A DNA stretch of 64,000 nt. It comes from Octopus vulgaris. Lineage: Eukaryota. This document shows, piece after piece, positions 25,708 through 40,169 of this stretch (its first letter is position 1; each line of letters opens with the position of its first letter). The translations under genes were made by a program, and so were the position numbers. The stretch is taken from contig OX597820.1 of assembly GCA_951406725.2 (NCBI GenBank), positions 127,162,001 through 127,226,000 of the forward strand, read 5' to 3'. The notes below the pieces were generated by a model. It was not told the DNA's origin and did not search any database. It was given only the letters and a program-made list of their open reading frames with translations.

Positions 25708-26312
25708 CACCTTCTCCATCCCTAAAATAATGGCAAACAAAGTTTCAGTAAGATTGAACTAAATTTCAAGGTGGTGATAACAAAAGAAAAGAAAATCCAA
25801 TTTTATGAAAATATACTTCAAAACAATATAAAATAATGTCTTAATTGAATTTCGATTTCATATTCAATACACCCTCTTCTTCCCCTACATTTCTACTTTC
25901 AAGAATCTCTTTTTTTTAATTTTTTTTTTATCAATTTAATATTTTGAAACAGGAAATTCTTCCCTCCCATAAAATTTATAAATCTTTCAATAAAAATTTC
26001 CATGTTTCATTGTGCATGTATGTATATGTAAATGTGTGTGTGTGTGTGTGTATATATGTTTGTGAATGTGTTTGTGTGTGTGTATGTATGTATATGTATA
26101 TATATATATATACATATACACACACTCTTTAGTAAATTTAAGTTTGATTTCTGTTAAATCTAGAAGAAAAATTTTCATCTTGGTATTTATGTATTATATT
26201 TTATCTTACACTTTTTGCAATTCCTTAATTATATCTTTTGATTAGGTCTTTTTTTCTTAGTTAATGGGATGGGCAGAACTGAAAGATCTTGGTCCGTATT
26301 ATTATTTCTATT

Positions 26313-27430
26313 GAGCGAGCTGACTCATTAGCAAGCTGGGTGAGATGCTCAAGTGGCGTTCTGTCCATCTCCACACATTCTGAGTCGAAATTCTGCTGAG
26401 GTTGACTTTGCCTTTCATCCTTTCAGGGTCAATAGAATAAGTACCAGTTGAGCACTGGGGTCAGTGTAATCGGCTTAGACCCACCCCTTGAACATGCTGG
26501 CCATGTGCCAAGATTTGCAATTATTATTATTATTATTATTATGAAGGCAGTGAACTGGTAGAATGCCAGGCAAAATGTCTAGCACCATTTCATCTGTCTT
26601 TATATTTGATTTCAAATTCCACCAAGCTCAACTTTGTCATTCACCCTTTTAGGGTCGATAGGTTAAGTACCAGTTGAACACTGAGGTTGATGTAATCAAC
26701 TTTCTCCCACCTAGGAAATGGTGGCCTTGTGCCAAAATTTGAAACCAGTATTGCTTTAGACGCTAATTTTTAAGGCAGCGAATTGGCAGAATCATTAGCA
26801 TGCCAGGCAAAATGCTTAGCGCTATTTCATCCATCCTTATGTTCTAAGTTCAAAATCAGCCAGGGTCAACTTTGCCTTTCATCCTTTTGGGGTTATTGAA
26901 ATAAGTACCAGTTGAACACTGGGGTCAATATAATCAACTAGTCCTCTCCCTCAAATTTCAGGCATTGTGCCTGTAGTAGAGAGTATTATTATTATTAAGG
27001 TGGTGAGCTGGCTGAATTGTTAGCAATCTGGACAAAATCCTTAGTGGTATTTCATCTCTTACGTTCTGAGTTCATATTCCATCGAGATCGTCTTTGCCTG
27101 TCATCATTTCGGAGTCAATAAATACCAGTGAAACACTGGGGGTCGATATAATCAACCATCCTCCTCCCCAAATTTCAGGCCTTGTGCCTTCAGTAGAAAG
27201 GATTATTATTATAATTAAGGTGGCCAGCTGGTAGAATCGTTAGCATGCCAGACGAAATACTTGGTGGTATTTCGTCTTCACATCCTGAGTTCAAATGCTG
27301 CCAATGTTGACTTCGACTTTCATCCTTTCAGGGTTGGTAAATAACAGTTGAGTATTAGAGTTGATGTAATCAACTTAGTCCCTCCCACAAATTTTCAGGC
27401 CTTGTACCTATAGTAGAAAACATTACAATT
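26313..27430 (+). mobile_element. Five head-to-tail copies of a ~220-bp SINE (family B, Meta-domain-like core, (TTA)n tail)
   Basis: Units start at about 26313, 26545, 26773, 26998 and 27218; B box GAGTTCAAATTC; core GACTTTGCCTTTCATCCTTTCGGGGTCGATAAAATAAGTACC resembles the MetaSINE domain as recalled. Confidence 0.85.
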
Positions 27431-29109
27431 ACCAATAATATTAATACACCAACTTGTTGCTTTTGTACATACATACCTGTGGTATGAGTCACATTTACTT
27501 CAAAGGAAGAAGTGAGTGGGAGAGAGGAGGACAGTGAGTGGTGACGGCATTCATTTTCTGTTTTTAAATATTTATCACATCACAAGAAAATTTGATACGT
27601 AAATACCTTCATTGTTAAATTAAAAGTGGAAGAGGGAAGGGACAGAGGAAGTGAGGGGGAGAGAGAGTAGATACATAGATCGAAAGAAAAATTGATACAT
27701 AGATACATAGACACAAAGTTAAACAACTACAGCAAATATTGGATGTCACTTTCACTACCACACGAGGATAAAATTAACTCACAAGTGGCTGAGTACTCCA
27801 CAGATATGCATACCATTGACGTAGTTCTCAGGGAGACTCAGCCTCACACAGAAAATGACATGGCTGGCCCCTTTGAATTGCAGCTATAACTCATCGTGTC
27901 CAGCTGAGTGGACTGGAGCAAGATAAACCAAGTAGTTCAAAGAAAATGAAAAAAGATCCTATATTGGGGCAGGAAAATCTTTTTAGTTGTTAGGGTCACT
28001 ATGGGTGTTAATCTGGTCCTGACAGCAGTATTTGTGGTTCTCACAGATCCGGAAGCCAAGCCCCCATATAAACACCAATGCACAGGCTGTTGTTATCAAA
28101 CTGAGCATGAGTCAAGGGCAAAGTCACTACATGGCAGAATAGCAATTATTTCATCTTGGCTTTCACTGCTTACATGAAACACGACACTTTTCCCTTTCGA
28201 TTGGGAACATTTCCTTTCCTTTCTCTCTTTTCCAAAAATTGTCACTTTGTCAGTTAAGACAATGAGGTTCCTCTTTATCTGATCAATGGAAATGTCTGCT
28301 TGTAAAATTAACTCACAAGTGGCTGAGTATTCCACAGACATGCACACCGTAAGGTAGTTCTCGGGGAGATTCAGCCTCAAACAGAATGGGACGAGGCTGG
28401 CTCCTTTGAATTACGGCTACAACTCAGTGATCTGAGTGGACTGCAGCAAGATAAAGTAGAGTACCTTGCTCAAGAACACAGTACACCACAGGGAATTGTA
28501 CTCATGACTTTACGATCGTGGGCTGAATACTCCTAACCACTGAGTCACGCACCTTCACTCTCTTAACTGTAGAGAAAAGGGATGAAGCGATAGAGAAAGG
28601 GAAGCATCAGTCATTTACAACGACAATTAGACTGGGATCTAGTTTTTTTCATTAGCAAAATATGTATTTTTTAAAAGACAGTAAAAAATTCTGAAAAGCG
28701 GTTATATTAATGTAGCTTTCCAGTCTCATTGCTTTGAAGGTATAATGTTGTGGAGAAATATGTTACAGAGGTTTAAAAAATCAAAAAAAAATCATATATT
28801 TTTAGCCAATAGTGAGATAGAAATTTTCTGCATTTAGCCGAGCGGTGTCAACATTAAGATTGTATCTTGTGAAATTTAGAGTTTAGCATCTGACCTGTTC
28901 ATTGTAGGTTTCTAAATAAACAGAAATACCTAATAGAATCAACATGTATCATCGTACTGTCTCTCTTGTCTTTTCATTGATTATATTGTTGTTTTTTTTC
29001 ATTTGTAATATTAATATATTTGTCTGCTTGTGTTTACTTTAGGCATATTTCAGTATTATGATTACCTGTCGTGTATTAGTGTACATCATTAATATATAAG
29101 TGTATGTGT

Positions 29110-29600
29110 GAAAAGGGTATGGCCTGGTCGCTTGTAATGATATGCATAAGATCTGTTCATCAAATCTAAGTAGAGATTTCAAACTTAAAATCTTCAAAGC
29201 CACAGTCGAACTAATTCTACTATATGGCTCAGAAACCTGGACATTATCAAAGAAGCTTGAGAGGCAGTTGGATGGTATCTTACACTCGCCTCCTTATGAG
29301 AGCTCAAAATCTCTCATGGAAGCGTCATCCAACCAAAGTACAAATATATGGGAAACTACCACCTGTGTCATCTCTTGTGAAAGGTAGGAGAGTCCAGTTT
29401 GCTGGACATTGTTGTAGAGCTGAAAACGAGGTAATTTCTTCTCTTCTCCTCTGGAAGCCATCTGCTCGCGATACCAGAGGGTGCACACTCTCCTATCCTG
29501 ATGTAATCTCCAGGGATACAGGTATCCAGCAACAGGACCTCTGTAATGCTATGATGGACCGTGAGGTCTGGCGTAGCATGGTAAATTCCATTGTCTCAAA
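29110..29600 (+). mobile_element. Decayed RTE-like LINE 3' fragment
   Basis: KLKIFKATVELILLYGSETWTLSKKLERQLDG, frameshift, YTRLLMRAQNLSWKRH...RRVQFAGHC.R. Confidence 0.88.
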
Positions 29601-29918
29601 AACTTCAAAGTTGAGTATAGTTTCCATGCTTGAGTTTATAAACTACGATAAGAATAACACTGGTCAACAAAGAATTTCTCCGAAGAAAACAAATACCTGT
29701 ATCTTATGTTTTTGTGAAATGTTCTTAATTAGCAACACACCTTTTATTATTAATGCTGAATTACTGATTATATTTACACTAATTAATGGTGGAAAAAAAA
29801 TCACCTTAATTTGTAATAAAAATACTTTTAAAAAATGAAGGTAATGAGAAATGTTTTAAAAACCCAAATGTTGAAAAAGTCAATATTATGTTGGAAGAAA
29901 CGCACACATGCACACACA

Positions 29919-29957
<39 letters not shown>

Positions 29958-31877
29958 TTGTTTTCAAACTTAATTTTTCGGTGGGTAGGGAAAAAATTGT
30001 TTTGGATCGAGGAAGGAAAAAGTGGAGAGGAGAGATCGCTCTTGGGTTTATTTGATTTTCGCACACGCACAATAAAGAAAACTATATTTTTATAACTTAT
30101 ATTGTTCATGGTAGAAAATGTTTATATGTACTTTGGACGTTGGGTTTTGTGGAAGTTTTCTTCCGTAGAAGCTTCGTTGCCATGATAGAGTTAAAGAAAC
30201 ATGGAAGAATCACGATGGAGTGTTCTTCTTCATTTAAGAAATGTATTATTATCATCAATTCCACCTCAGCCATATCTTCATACAGACATTCACACACACA
30301 CGCACTTTATGTAAGTCTGTGTTCAATATACCCAGCCTGGATAACCAGCCAAATCGAGAGCAACCTTGGTATTTAATATATGTAACAATGCAGTTAAAAG
30401 TACTACCAGGGTACCACAAAACTTACCAAATGTAGAAATATATTAACGCACCCCGAAATTATATAAAACAACACACATGTACACACCCACCTATACTTTG
30501 TGTAAGTTTATGCTCGATATAACCAGTTAAGTCGTGGGCCACCCTGGTAATTAATATATATAATAATACAATTACAGGTGGTTTTACGTTTGTCACAATG
30601 ATACGTGCCACAAAGTGTCACCAAGCACATTGAATAAAAGAAGGCTGTTTTTCCTGAGATCTATATTAAATAACATGCAGATGTCTGTACTTCATGCTAG
30701 TTTGTGCCCAATATAAACAGGTGTAGATAGCTAACCAAGTCGGGTGTGTCTGTGTGTGTGTGGGGGGGGGGCTTAGTATTTAAAATACTAACACACAGAA
30801 AGAAGCAAAGAAAAGTACTAGTACAGAGAAATATGTAATATACTAATACACAGAAAAATTAAAACAAAACCTGCGGGTGAAAAGAATCTCGTGGTGTGAA
30901 GAATTGTGAAAAATCAACATAGACAAAGGCAGCACAGACAACAGTGAACCAGAACGCAGCGTGTGCAGTTGTCATGGTAACAAGCTGCTAATGCCATGCT
31001 GTCTGTTGATTGGCTAAAATTATCCAAATTTCCTAACTTTAATGCCAAATAACATCAGGTTCTTTAATTTATGAGATAAAGTAATTGGTTGATTGTAATC
31101 AAAATTCAAAGTTGCATCGATACAGCAAAACTGAAAGTGATCCGAGCAAAATTAAGTGGGGGCTCATTTTGCAAATGAGAAAGACCAGATCCTTAAACTG
31201 AAATACGATCAATCTTTTCTAGCTTCTTTACTTTCAACAATGAAGAAGTGGGAAAGACATTTAGTAATGAATAGAGGGAAGGTCTTTCAGGTATTTGCCT
31301 TTTTGTTCTGGGAGTTCTAGAACAATCGAGTGTTAGTTCTCTCTTCTTTCCCCCACCCCCGGTGTTTATTCGCCTTCTTTCATAGTTCATTTTGTTGGTG
31401 GGGAAAGACTATATTTTCTTCAGCCACATTTAACGTTTTCTCTACAAACAAGCCTCTCTCCCTTTTTATTTTTTCATACAAAAACTAATGCAAATTTCGA
31501 ACGGGGTATAGCCGTGAAAAGAGCCCATAGAAATGGATAATACCCCCTACAAAATGGGTGGGGGAGAAAAGTTGCCAACAGGTGGCTACACGAAATTCAA
31601 CTCTATACTTTAAAGAGTGTCTTCTACTGGTAAAAGAATAACAGAAGAACATTCCGTACCGCTAAACCAAGAAGGTTCTTAGAATATGTCTGATGTATTT
31701 TAAGTCTAAAAAGTAATTCTGTTTATGTTTGCATAACTGAGATATTTTGGTTGGATTATATAGTTATCGGTTTTTACACTTCTTTCTGCATTCTGTCACA
31801 ATATAGAAACATTTCTCATGGCACCAGCACACAATTTACAATTTATGTTTTCCCTGAATTTTTCACAGGTCCAGCTA

Positions 31878-31912
<35 letters not shown>

Positions 31913-33941
31913 GGCAGTGTGCTGGCAGAATCGTTAGCATACCAGGCAAAATGCTGCTAAGCATTTTGCTTGTCTTTACATTCTGAAAGTCCATGAAAGT
32001 CAACTTTGCCTTTCATCCTTTCAAGGTTAATAAGTTAATAAGATGAGCACTAGAGTTGATGTAATCGACTTAACCACCAATCTTCCTGAGCTTGCTGGTC
32101 TTGTGCTAAGATTTGAAACCATCCGACTCTTACAGGCATAGAAAAACGGATGTTAAAACTGTGTGTGTGTCTGTATACACACACACATATATAATCATTT
32201 GCAGTTGTATTCCTTCTCCATCTATCATGATGATCAGTTTTATTTTATCTTGTTTCACCTTTCATGATTTTCTTTTCATTTCGTGTCTATTCCAATGTTG
32301 TTAGAGAAAACATTTGTGTCGTTGCTGCTGTTTGATGAGAATCAATAAAAAAAATAAACATCTTGCAGAAAGCCTACAAGAAGTTTCAATTTTTTTCCCC
32401 CTTCAAAAAATCACACACACACACACACACACACCTTACTGAAGAAGAAATTGGGTTTTTTTTTTTTGTTTATATTCTTTTCATTATTTACAAAAAAGTA
32501 TTATTTATATTATACTCTCTTAATCAATGCAACTCATTTTAAAATTTTAAAAAAATCTTTCTGATCAGTTGTGGTTTGAAAGAAAAAATTTCTCTTTATT
32601 CATCTTTATCAAACTTTAAGCTTCACTGTCTTATCTTTTTTTTTTTTTTAATATTTTATTTTTATATCTTTTCTAATGCCCTTGAGATCATATGAATGTC
32701 ACACGATCTCATTTGTATCCTTTGTAATACAATTCCAAGATATTTGGCCTGAGCTTGTGATTTATTTTAAGAACATTGAAATTCTTTAATGCATTTTGTT
32801 TAGTAAATTCAGTTTTCCTCCCTTGATTCTGAGTTCAGATCCTGCAAGGATCATTTTTACTGAATGGAGAGGATAAAAAATCATGTAGCAAAACACTGAC
32901 ATGTGGTTTAGAAGTTTGCTTCCCAATCAAATGGTTTCAAGTTCAATCCCACTGCATGACACCTTGAGCAAGTTTTTTTTTACTGCTTTAGCCCCTGGTT
33001 AATCAGAGCCTTGTAAGGGGATTTGGTAGATGGAAACTGGAAGAGGCCAGTCATGTATCTGTGTGTGCCTGTGCACATCATTGCTTAAATACTGTGTAAC
33101 AGTTTTAAATGAGTGCTACCTTTGTACAGGTGGTATCATTCATTTTCAATTTTCTTTGGAAAAATATCAGGCCATGGAGAACTGTTACCTTGCCTGGAAG
33201 CAAGTGAGCTTTGATGACAAGGAGAGCATCTGGCCGTAGAAAATCTGCCTCAATGAATTCCATTTAACCCATGTAAGATTGGATGAGTGATTATTAAAAT
33301 GATGATGATGATGTTGTCCTGGCTCTAACCAGTTCTTAGTGAATTATCCCTAAAATCAATGCATTCAACCAGTTGAAATGGGTGGTTTATTGAATTGTTT
33401 AAAAATACAGGGAGTGACAAAAACAAAAAAAAAAAACTTACCATTCTTGATAAACATTTCAAGTTAATCAGCAAGGGCATACAAGACGCACTGGACTAAA
33501 CCTTGACGGAAACTTTTTTAAAAATAAATAAACCCAAATAGGTAAAATATTCAACTACACGACTCCATTATTAGCTGCATGAGTTCAAAAGCAATGCAAT
33601 GATACCCATTTAAAATATAGAAGGTTTTCCTGCTGCACCCAATGGTTAGTTTTAGATCAAATCACACTGGTTTGAATTTCGTTGCTTTTCATTGTCAAAG
33701 GTAACTGGCAGAAACATTAGCACTTGAGACAAAATACTTAGCAGCATTTCTTCCAACCCTTAATATTCCAAGTTCAAATCCCATTCAGGCCAACTTTGCC
33801 TTTCATCTTTATGGGGTTGATGAAATAAGTACCACTCAAGGACTTTGGTCAGTGTAATCAACTGGTTCCCTCCCTCAGCATCTCAGGTCCTGTGCTGATT
33901 GTAGAAATTATTATGTGGATTGATATACTGGGATGGATTCA

Positions 33942-34000
<59 letters not shown>

Positions 34001-35492
34001 TACTCACTGGCTAGAGAAAAATATGTATTTTTAGTTAAGAGAAATCATCTTACTGTTATTGTTAGGGAGAGGAAGAATTAACAGTGTTGTCTTGTGCTGT
34101 TTCCTTTCATCTCTTGATATACTCAGTTAACATTCCACCTGAGTCCATTCCCCCCACCCCACCCCGCCTCACCCCACCCCTCAGCCAATCTTCTACCCAG
34201 AAAGAATCTGTCAACACATTTGTAACTTTGTTTCTTTGATCTTAAAAAACCACCTCCCTTCAAAATTGCTGGCATTGTGCCTAAATTACAGCTCATCACC
34301 ATCATTATTTCCTTTACAGTAATTGTTAAAACTATTATCAATGTTGTTAGCATCTTTGTTGCTGTTTCTTCATTTCTCAATTATCTTGAAGAAAAAAAAA
34401 AAATGTATATATCTTCACTTTAATTAAATTTCTGTCGTAATTTCCTTTGCATTTATCTTCCCTTCGTTTTTTTTAATCATATCTTTATTTTCTATACTTT
34501 ATTATTTTAAGCTAAATTAACATTCCAATTTAACTGCCATCCAGTTAACTTATTGAAAAGAAGAAAAAGATTGTAATAATTGTGACATTTGGATAATGAT
34601 TTTTTTTTTTCTTTTTTGTTAATTTAATTTTATTTTATTGCTTTTGGAAACATTTCTATGTTAAAGAGGCATGAAACAATGTCAGAATTGATATTTTGTC
34701 TGTGTAGCATTTTGGAAATTAGATTCTGTTCGGTATACAAAATAGGCCATTTTTGTATATATCTGGCTAGCGATTTCAAATGAAACCAGTTGTTGAAACA
34801 TGTATGTGTGTATATATATATATAAATATATATAGTGTGTGTGTGTGTGTGTGTAGACACACGCACATATATATATATGCATACATGTCAGCAAGAAATA
34901 GCTTTTTTTCCTCAAAGATGTAAATTGTTATATTAAGACACAACTATGTTCAGCTTTGATCTTCTTTATTAATGAATGATAACATTTATTTCATCAATGT
35001 TTCAAGACCTCCACGCCCTCATCATTAGGAATTGACAATTGACAAGTCCCTTAACCCCTTGGGGCACTGCAGCCATGAAGTGTATCCAGGCTGAGCTCAT
35101 TTCTACAGCTGAGTGGACTGGAGCAATGTGAAATGAAGTGTTTTGCTCAAGAACACAATGCATAACCTGGTCCAGGAATTGAAACCACAATCTTACGATC
35201 ATGAGTCCAACACCCTAACCACTAAGTCACATGCCTCCACCATCAGGAATTGCCATTGTAAAAATGTTTAAACTGGCATTGTTGAGTTTGCCATTGATAT
35301 CAAGTATTACCATGATCCTTTGCAACTTTCAGCAAAGGGTATAAACAACACACCATTACTTACTATCACTATTCCAGTGATGGGACTGAAGGTTTCAAAA
35401 TGTTAATGGATTTAGGAAGAATCTTATTCCAAATAAAGAACTAATAAGGATATATGAAAAATCCTTAATAAAAATGATCAAAATTGAACATA

Positions 35493-35858
35493 GTCATGAC
35501 TGTATGGTAAGAAGCTTGCTTCCAACCACATGGTTCTAGGTTCAATCCCACTGCATGATACCTTGAGCAAGTGTCCTCTGCTATGGCCTCGGTTTGACTA
35601 AAGCCTAGTGAGTGGATTTGGTAGATGGAAACTGAAAGAAGCCTGCCGTATATGTGTCAGTCTGTCTTTGTTCCCCCACCACTGCTTGACAACCAATGTT
35701 GGTGTGTTTATGTCTCTGTAACTTAGTGGTTCGGCAAAAGAGACTGATAAAATAATTGCTAAGCTTTAAAGATAAGTCCTGGGGTCGGTTTGTTCGACTT
35801 TTAAAACTAAAAAAAAACCTTGTATGGCCACAGTCAAATCACTGAAACAAATAAAAGG
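35493..35858 (+). mobile_element. Family A SINE
   Basis: Same diagnostic blocks as the other copies. Confidence 0.85.
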
Positions 35859-37404
35859 TTAGTCATGTCTGTAGTATCTGTAAATATATTGTATTTGGAC
35901 AGAGTTGTTTGGTATTGAGCACATTTTTGTTATTGTTTCTTTTATTCCTCTTTTTATTAAGTATTGAAAAAAGTCTCTGTAGAATGTCAGTGACCAGGTA
36001 GCAAATATTTGATGAAAGACTTTAGTCAATAACAGTAGAACTTCTGTGTTAATTATCAAATATATTTCTAATATGGCTTCACTAAAATATGGTATTATGA
36101 AGATAGATATATTACCTAAAAAAGTAAAAATGTTCTTATGCAATCTAATGGTGGAAGCTGATGCTTTTGAGTTAGGAAAATATGAAGAATCTTATTAAAA
36201 GCTTAAGTTTTGTTATTTTTTTCATTTGTTTTTACTGAAAATTTTATTAGTATGTAGATTAAACATACAACGCTTCTCTTTTTCTCCCCAAAATGTGTCT
36301 TTTCATTCCATAATCTTGCTTTCAACTTAAAGCCTTCAATAAATTGCTTGTGACAATCAATTTTATTGGGTATAAAACTTCCAATACATACAGTTATTAA
36401 TTATATCATCATCATCTTCATATACATCCGCTTTCTGTACTGGAATGGATTAGATCTTTTGACTGGATGTTTTTACATGGACCCCAGCAGTGCTCAACTG
36501 GTGCTTATTTTATCAACCTCAAAAGGATGAAAAACAAAGTCAACCTCGGTGGAATTTGAACTCAGAATGTAAAGGTGAATGAAGGCCACCAGGCATTTTG
36601 TCCATTGTACTAAGGATTCTTGCCACCTCTTTGTATTTGTTGATAATACAAAGCACAGGTGTAGCCAGGGGGCTAAGAAGTTTGCTTTGTAACTATGTGG
36701 TTTGGGGTTTGATCTCATGGCATGTCATCTTGGGCAAAAGTCTTCTTCTAGAGCATCTGATGGACTAATGCCTTGTGAGTGAAATTTGGTGTGCAGAATC
36801 TCTATGGCAGCTTGTTGTGTGTGTTTCTCCATGTGTTTGCTTTTGAGATGACTTTGGCAGTGGTGACTCATGTCCTGTAAAAACAAGAACCCTAGAGGTC
36901 AACATTTGAGGAATTGGAATAAAATGCATCTGGTTCGAAAACGAGGGCTGGCACCAAGAATGGCAGCCATCCTTAGAATACTGCTTCAAAAAGTGTAGTC
37001 CAACACATGGCAGCATGGAAAAAAAATGAATATAAAAATGGTGACGATGGTGTTGATCTTGATGCTTGCATTAATAAACTGTACACGTAATTGGCAACTA
37101 TCTTCAGTTATGTGAATGAAACTTGCAAGTGCTAAGTGTACTGACTGTGTATAAACCACAGTTGCAAAGAGTGGATAGGCGTCATAAAATCTTTGGCTCA
37201 CAGTCCAATACTCTCTAGATTTGACCTCCTATGGATTTTATATGGCAATATGAATGTAAAAGCCTCTTTTAATTTCAATCTTATTATGATTGAAACTGCA
37301 ATACGGCATTGTGTATGCATGCATTTCTATGCCAGTGCGTTGATTAACAATTGTGCATAAGTAGATGCATACTCACACACAAATGCCAAGTGAATTCATT
37401 AATA

Positions 37405-37439
<35 letters not shown>

Positions 37440-38857
37440 GCATATATAGACACATACAGATGCATACGTGTGTCATTTTACTCATACTGATAATCAGAGA
37501 ATCCATCAATCTACTGTGTATTTCTATAAATATGTATGAATGTTTGTATGTATATTAAATTGATGTGAAGAGGAAAGAAATGGAAAGAGAAAAATCTGAA
37601 AGTCAATTTCAGATATATCTTCATTTAATAATAGCATTGATGAATAATGAAACTGGAGATAATTTTAAAGCTTTCTGGTTTTGTTATTTGTTGAAAGATT
37701 TCTTCATGGCATATAACCACAATCAACACATGCTTATCTATAAATGAATGTAGTTAAATATTATGGTATGGGATATTGCAAGGGAATGCATAAACCTTCA
37801 GCTGTTCTTTGGGCCCAACATATTTCAAATTTTCTACTTGGAAAGAGAAAAAAATTAACAATAATAATGAAGTTTTGACAAAGGACAGTATAGAAAGTAA
37901 ACCACAAATAATTTTTTTTTTTTTTTATATTTTTTAATTTTTTAATTATGCAATTTCTAAATGATAGCATCATTGTTTACAGACCTTCAATGTGCCAGTC
38001 AGAAATTTACCGTATTTTAACTGCATGAATGACAAGGAAGTATCTGTAACTCATTGCAGAGGACTTTGAGGGATACCACCTTTCTTCCAATGGTTACATT
38101 CTTTATTGATACACATTACTAAATAAAAAAGGGGGGGAAAAAAAAAAACTGGCATTCCGTTGGTTATAAGGGCTCCTGTTGATCTGATCAGCAGAACAGC
38201 CTGCTCATGAAATTAACATGCAAGTGGTTGAGCACTCCACAGTCATATGTACTCTTAATGTAGTTCTTGGGGAGCTGCAGTGTGACAAAACTGGCATTTT
38301 GAAATACAGATACCATTCATTTTTCACTGGTGTAACATGAAATAAAGTGTCTTGCCCAAGGATGCAACACACCAATGGATATCGAACCCTTCACTGTAAA
38401 AATCATAAGGCTAATACCCTAACCACTAAGCCATGTGTTTTAACCACACATAGCCAAAATATTTAAATCTCCTGTTCATCCAACCATCATTTAACATCCA
38501 TCATCCATGCTTAATGTGGGTCAACCAATTAGACTGCAGCATACTCTATTTTGGAATGGTTTCTATGACTGGATGAGCTTCTCCATGTCATCTTTTTTCA
38601 GTTTCCGTCTACCAAATCCACTCGCAAGGCTTTGGTCATCCTGAAGCCATAGTAGAAGACACTTGCCCAGGGTGCCATGCAGTTCCTTACCACACAGCCA
38701 TGCCAGCACCTATATATGTGTGTGTGTATGTGTCATCATCATCATCTTTAATGTCTGCTTTCCATGCTGGCATGGGTTGGATGGTTTGACTGAAAACTGG
38801 TAAGGATTTGGCAAGGATCCCCTTCCTAATGCCAACCACTCTGAGAGTGTAGTAGGT

Positions 38858-38898
<41 letters not shown>

Positions 38899-40169
38899 GG
38901 AGCATTTTGCTTAGCTTCATGGTACAGAGGACTCAGCTGGTATCTGTTAGGTATGGAATTTGATTCTCCATAGCCACCTTCTGGTGACTTCTGTCTTCTA
39001 AGGCTAAATAGCCAATCGTGCTCAGCTATTTTCATAGCTGTACTGCATTTGAAATTTGTGTGTTTGTGTTTGTCCCCCAACCATCGCTTGACAACTGGTG
39101 TTGGTGTGATTATGTCTCTGTAACTTAGTGGTTTGGCAAAAGAGACTGATAGAATAAGTACCAGGCTTACAAAGAATAAGTACTGGGGGTTGATTTGCTC
39201 GACTAAAAGCAGTGCTCCAGTATGGCCACAGTTAAATGACTGAAACAAGTAAAAGTATGCATATGACAAGCTTCTGTACAGTTTTTGTCTATTAAATTCA
39301 ACTAAAAAAATATTGGCCAACTTTGAGGCTGTTGTGGATGACATTTGCATAAGGTGTCACCATTGGTGGAGTTGGAGCCAGAGTCATATGGGTTTGCAAT
39401 GCCAAGTTCTTAACCACACAGCCATGCCTATGTCCAATTCTTTTCACGGACTCACCATTCCCTTGAAGTTGCTATAGGGAAAAGTCACTTTTTAATGCTA
39501 GAAGCACTACCAGTAGTTTCCCAAATCACAGGTCGTATCAATACATTTTGAAATCAATATCTCCATGCAAAACAAAAAAAAAAAAAAATTAGATTGAATG
39601 AGATAAATTACTAATTCTCATGTTTTATACTTTATTTATTGATTTCAATCATTTGTTTGCGACCATGCTGTAGCACCTATGTTACACCTATAAACTGATT
39701 GGTTATCCTTTTTTCTTTTTATTCTAGCAGTAAAAACAAAATTGTTTTTGTAATCCTGTGAGGTTTGACAATAAAGATATATCTTAGTAGGAGCAGTATA
39801 AGAAGCCAGGTTTATAAAACTGATTTTAGCCCTGCAATACCCTCCTTTCTCTTTTTTTCTTTCCTGTTTTTTTAATACTTAGATCCACAAAGAGAGTCCG
39901 TTCTTATTTTGTCAACCGTGGACAGATTAAAGGCAAAGTTAATTGTGGTGCAGTTTGATCTCACAATGTCAAAAGTTGAAACTTGGTTTCTATTTTTCTG
40001 TCAGTGATAACAGTAACTGTGGTCAGAAAGGCATGTTGGCTGTGTGTGTGTGCCGGGGGATAGGGCGAATGGAAGAGAAAGATATCTACTTTCTAGTGAA
40101 GTGCTGTAACCTTTACATTCCTTGGGTTTATTTATCATCTATCAGATTTCCTTTTTCTGCAGTAACAGT

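Noticed and set aside
30968-31013. RFX X-box-like GTTGTCATGGTAAC plus CCAAT box
   Set aside because: Lies in sequence resembling an old DNA-transposon interior; no exon or start site support.
37190-37250. YSLDLT...DFY-like Tc1 transposase remnant
   Set aside because: Too short and frameshifted to support.
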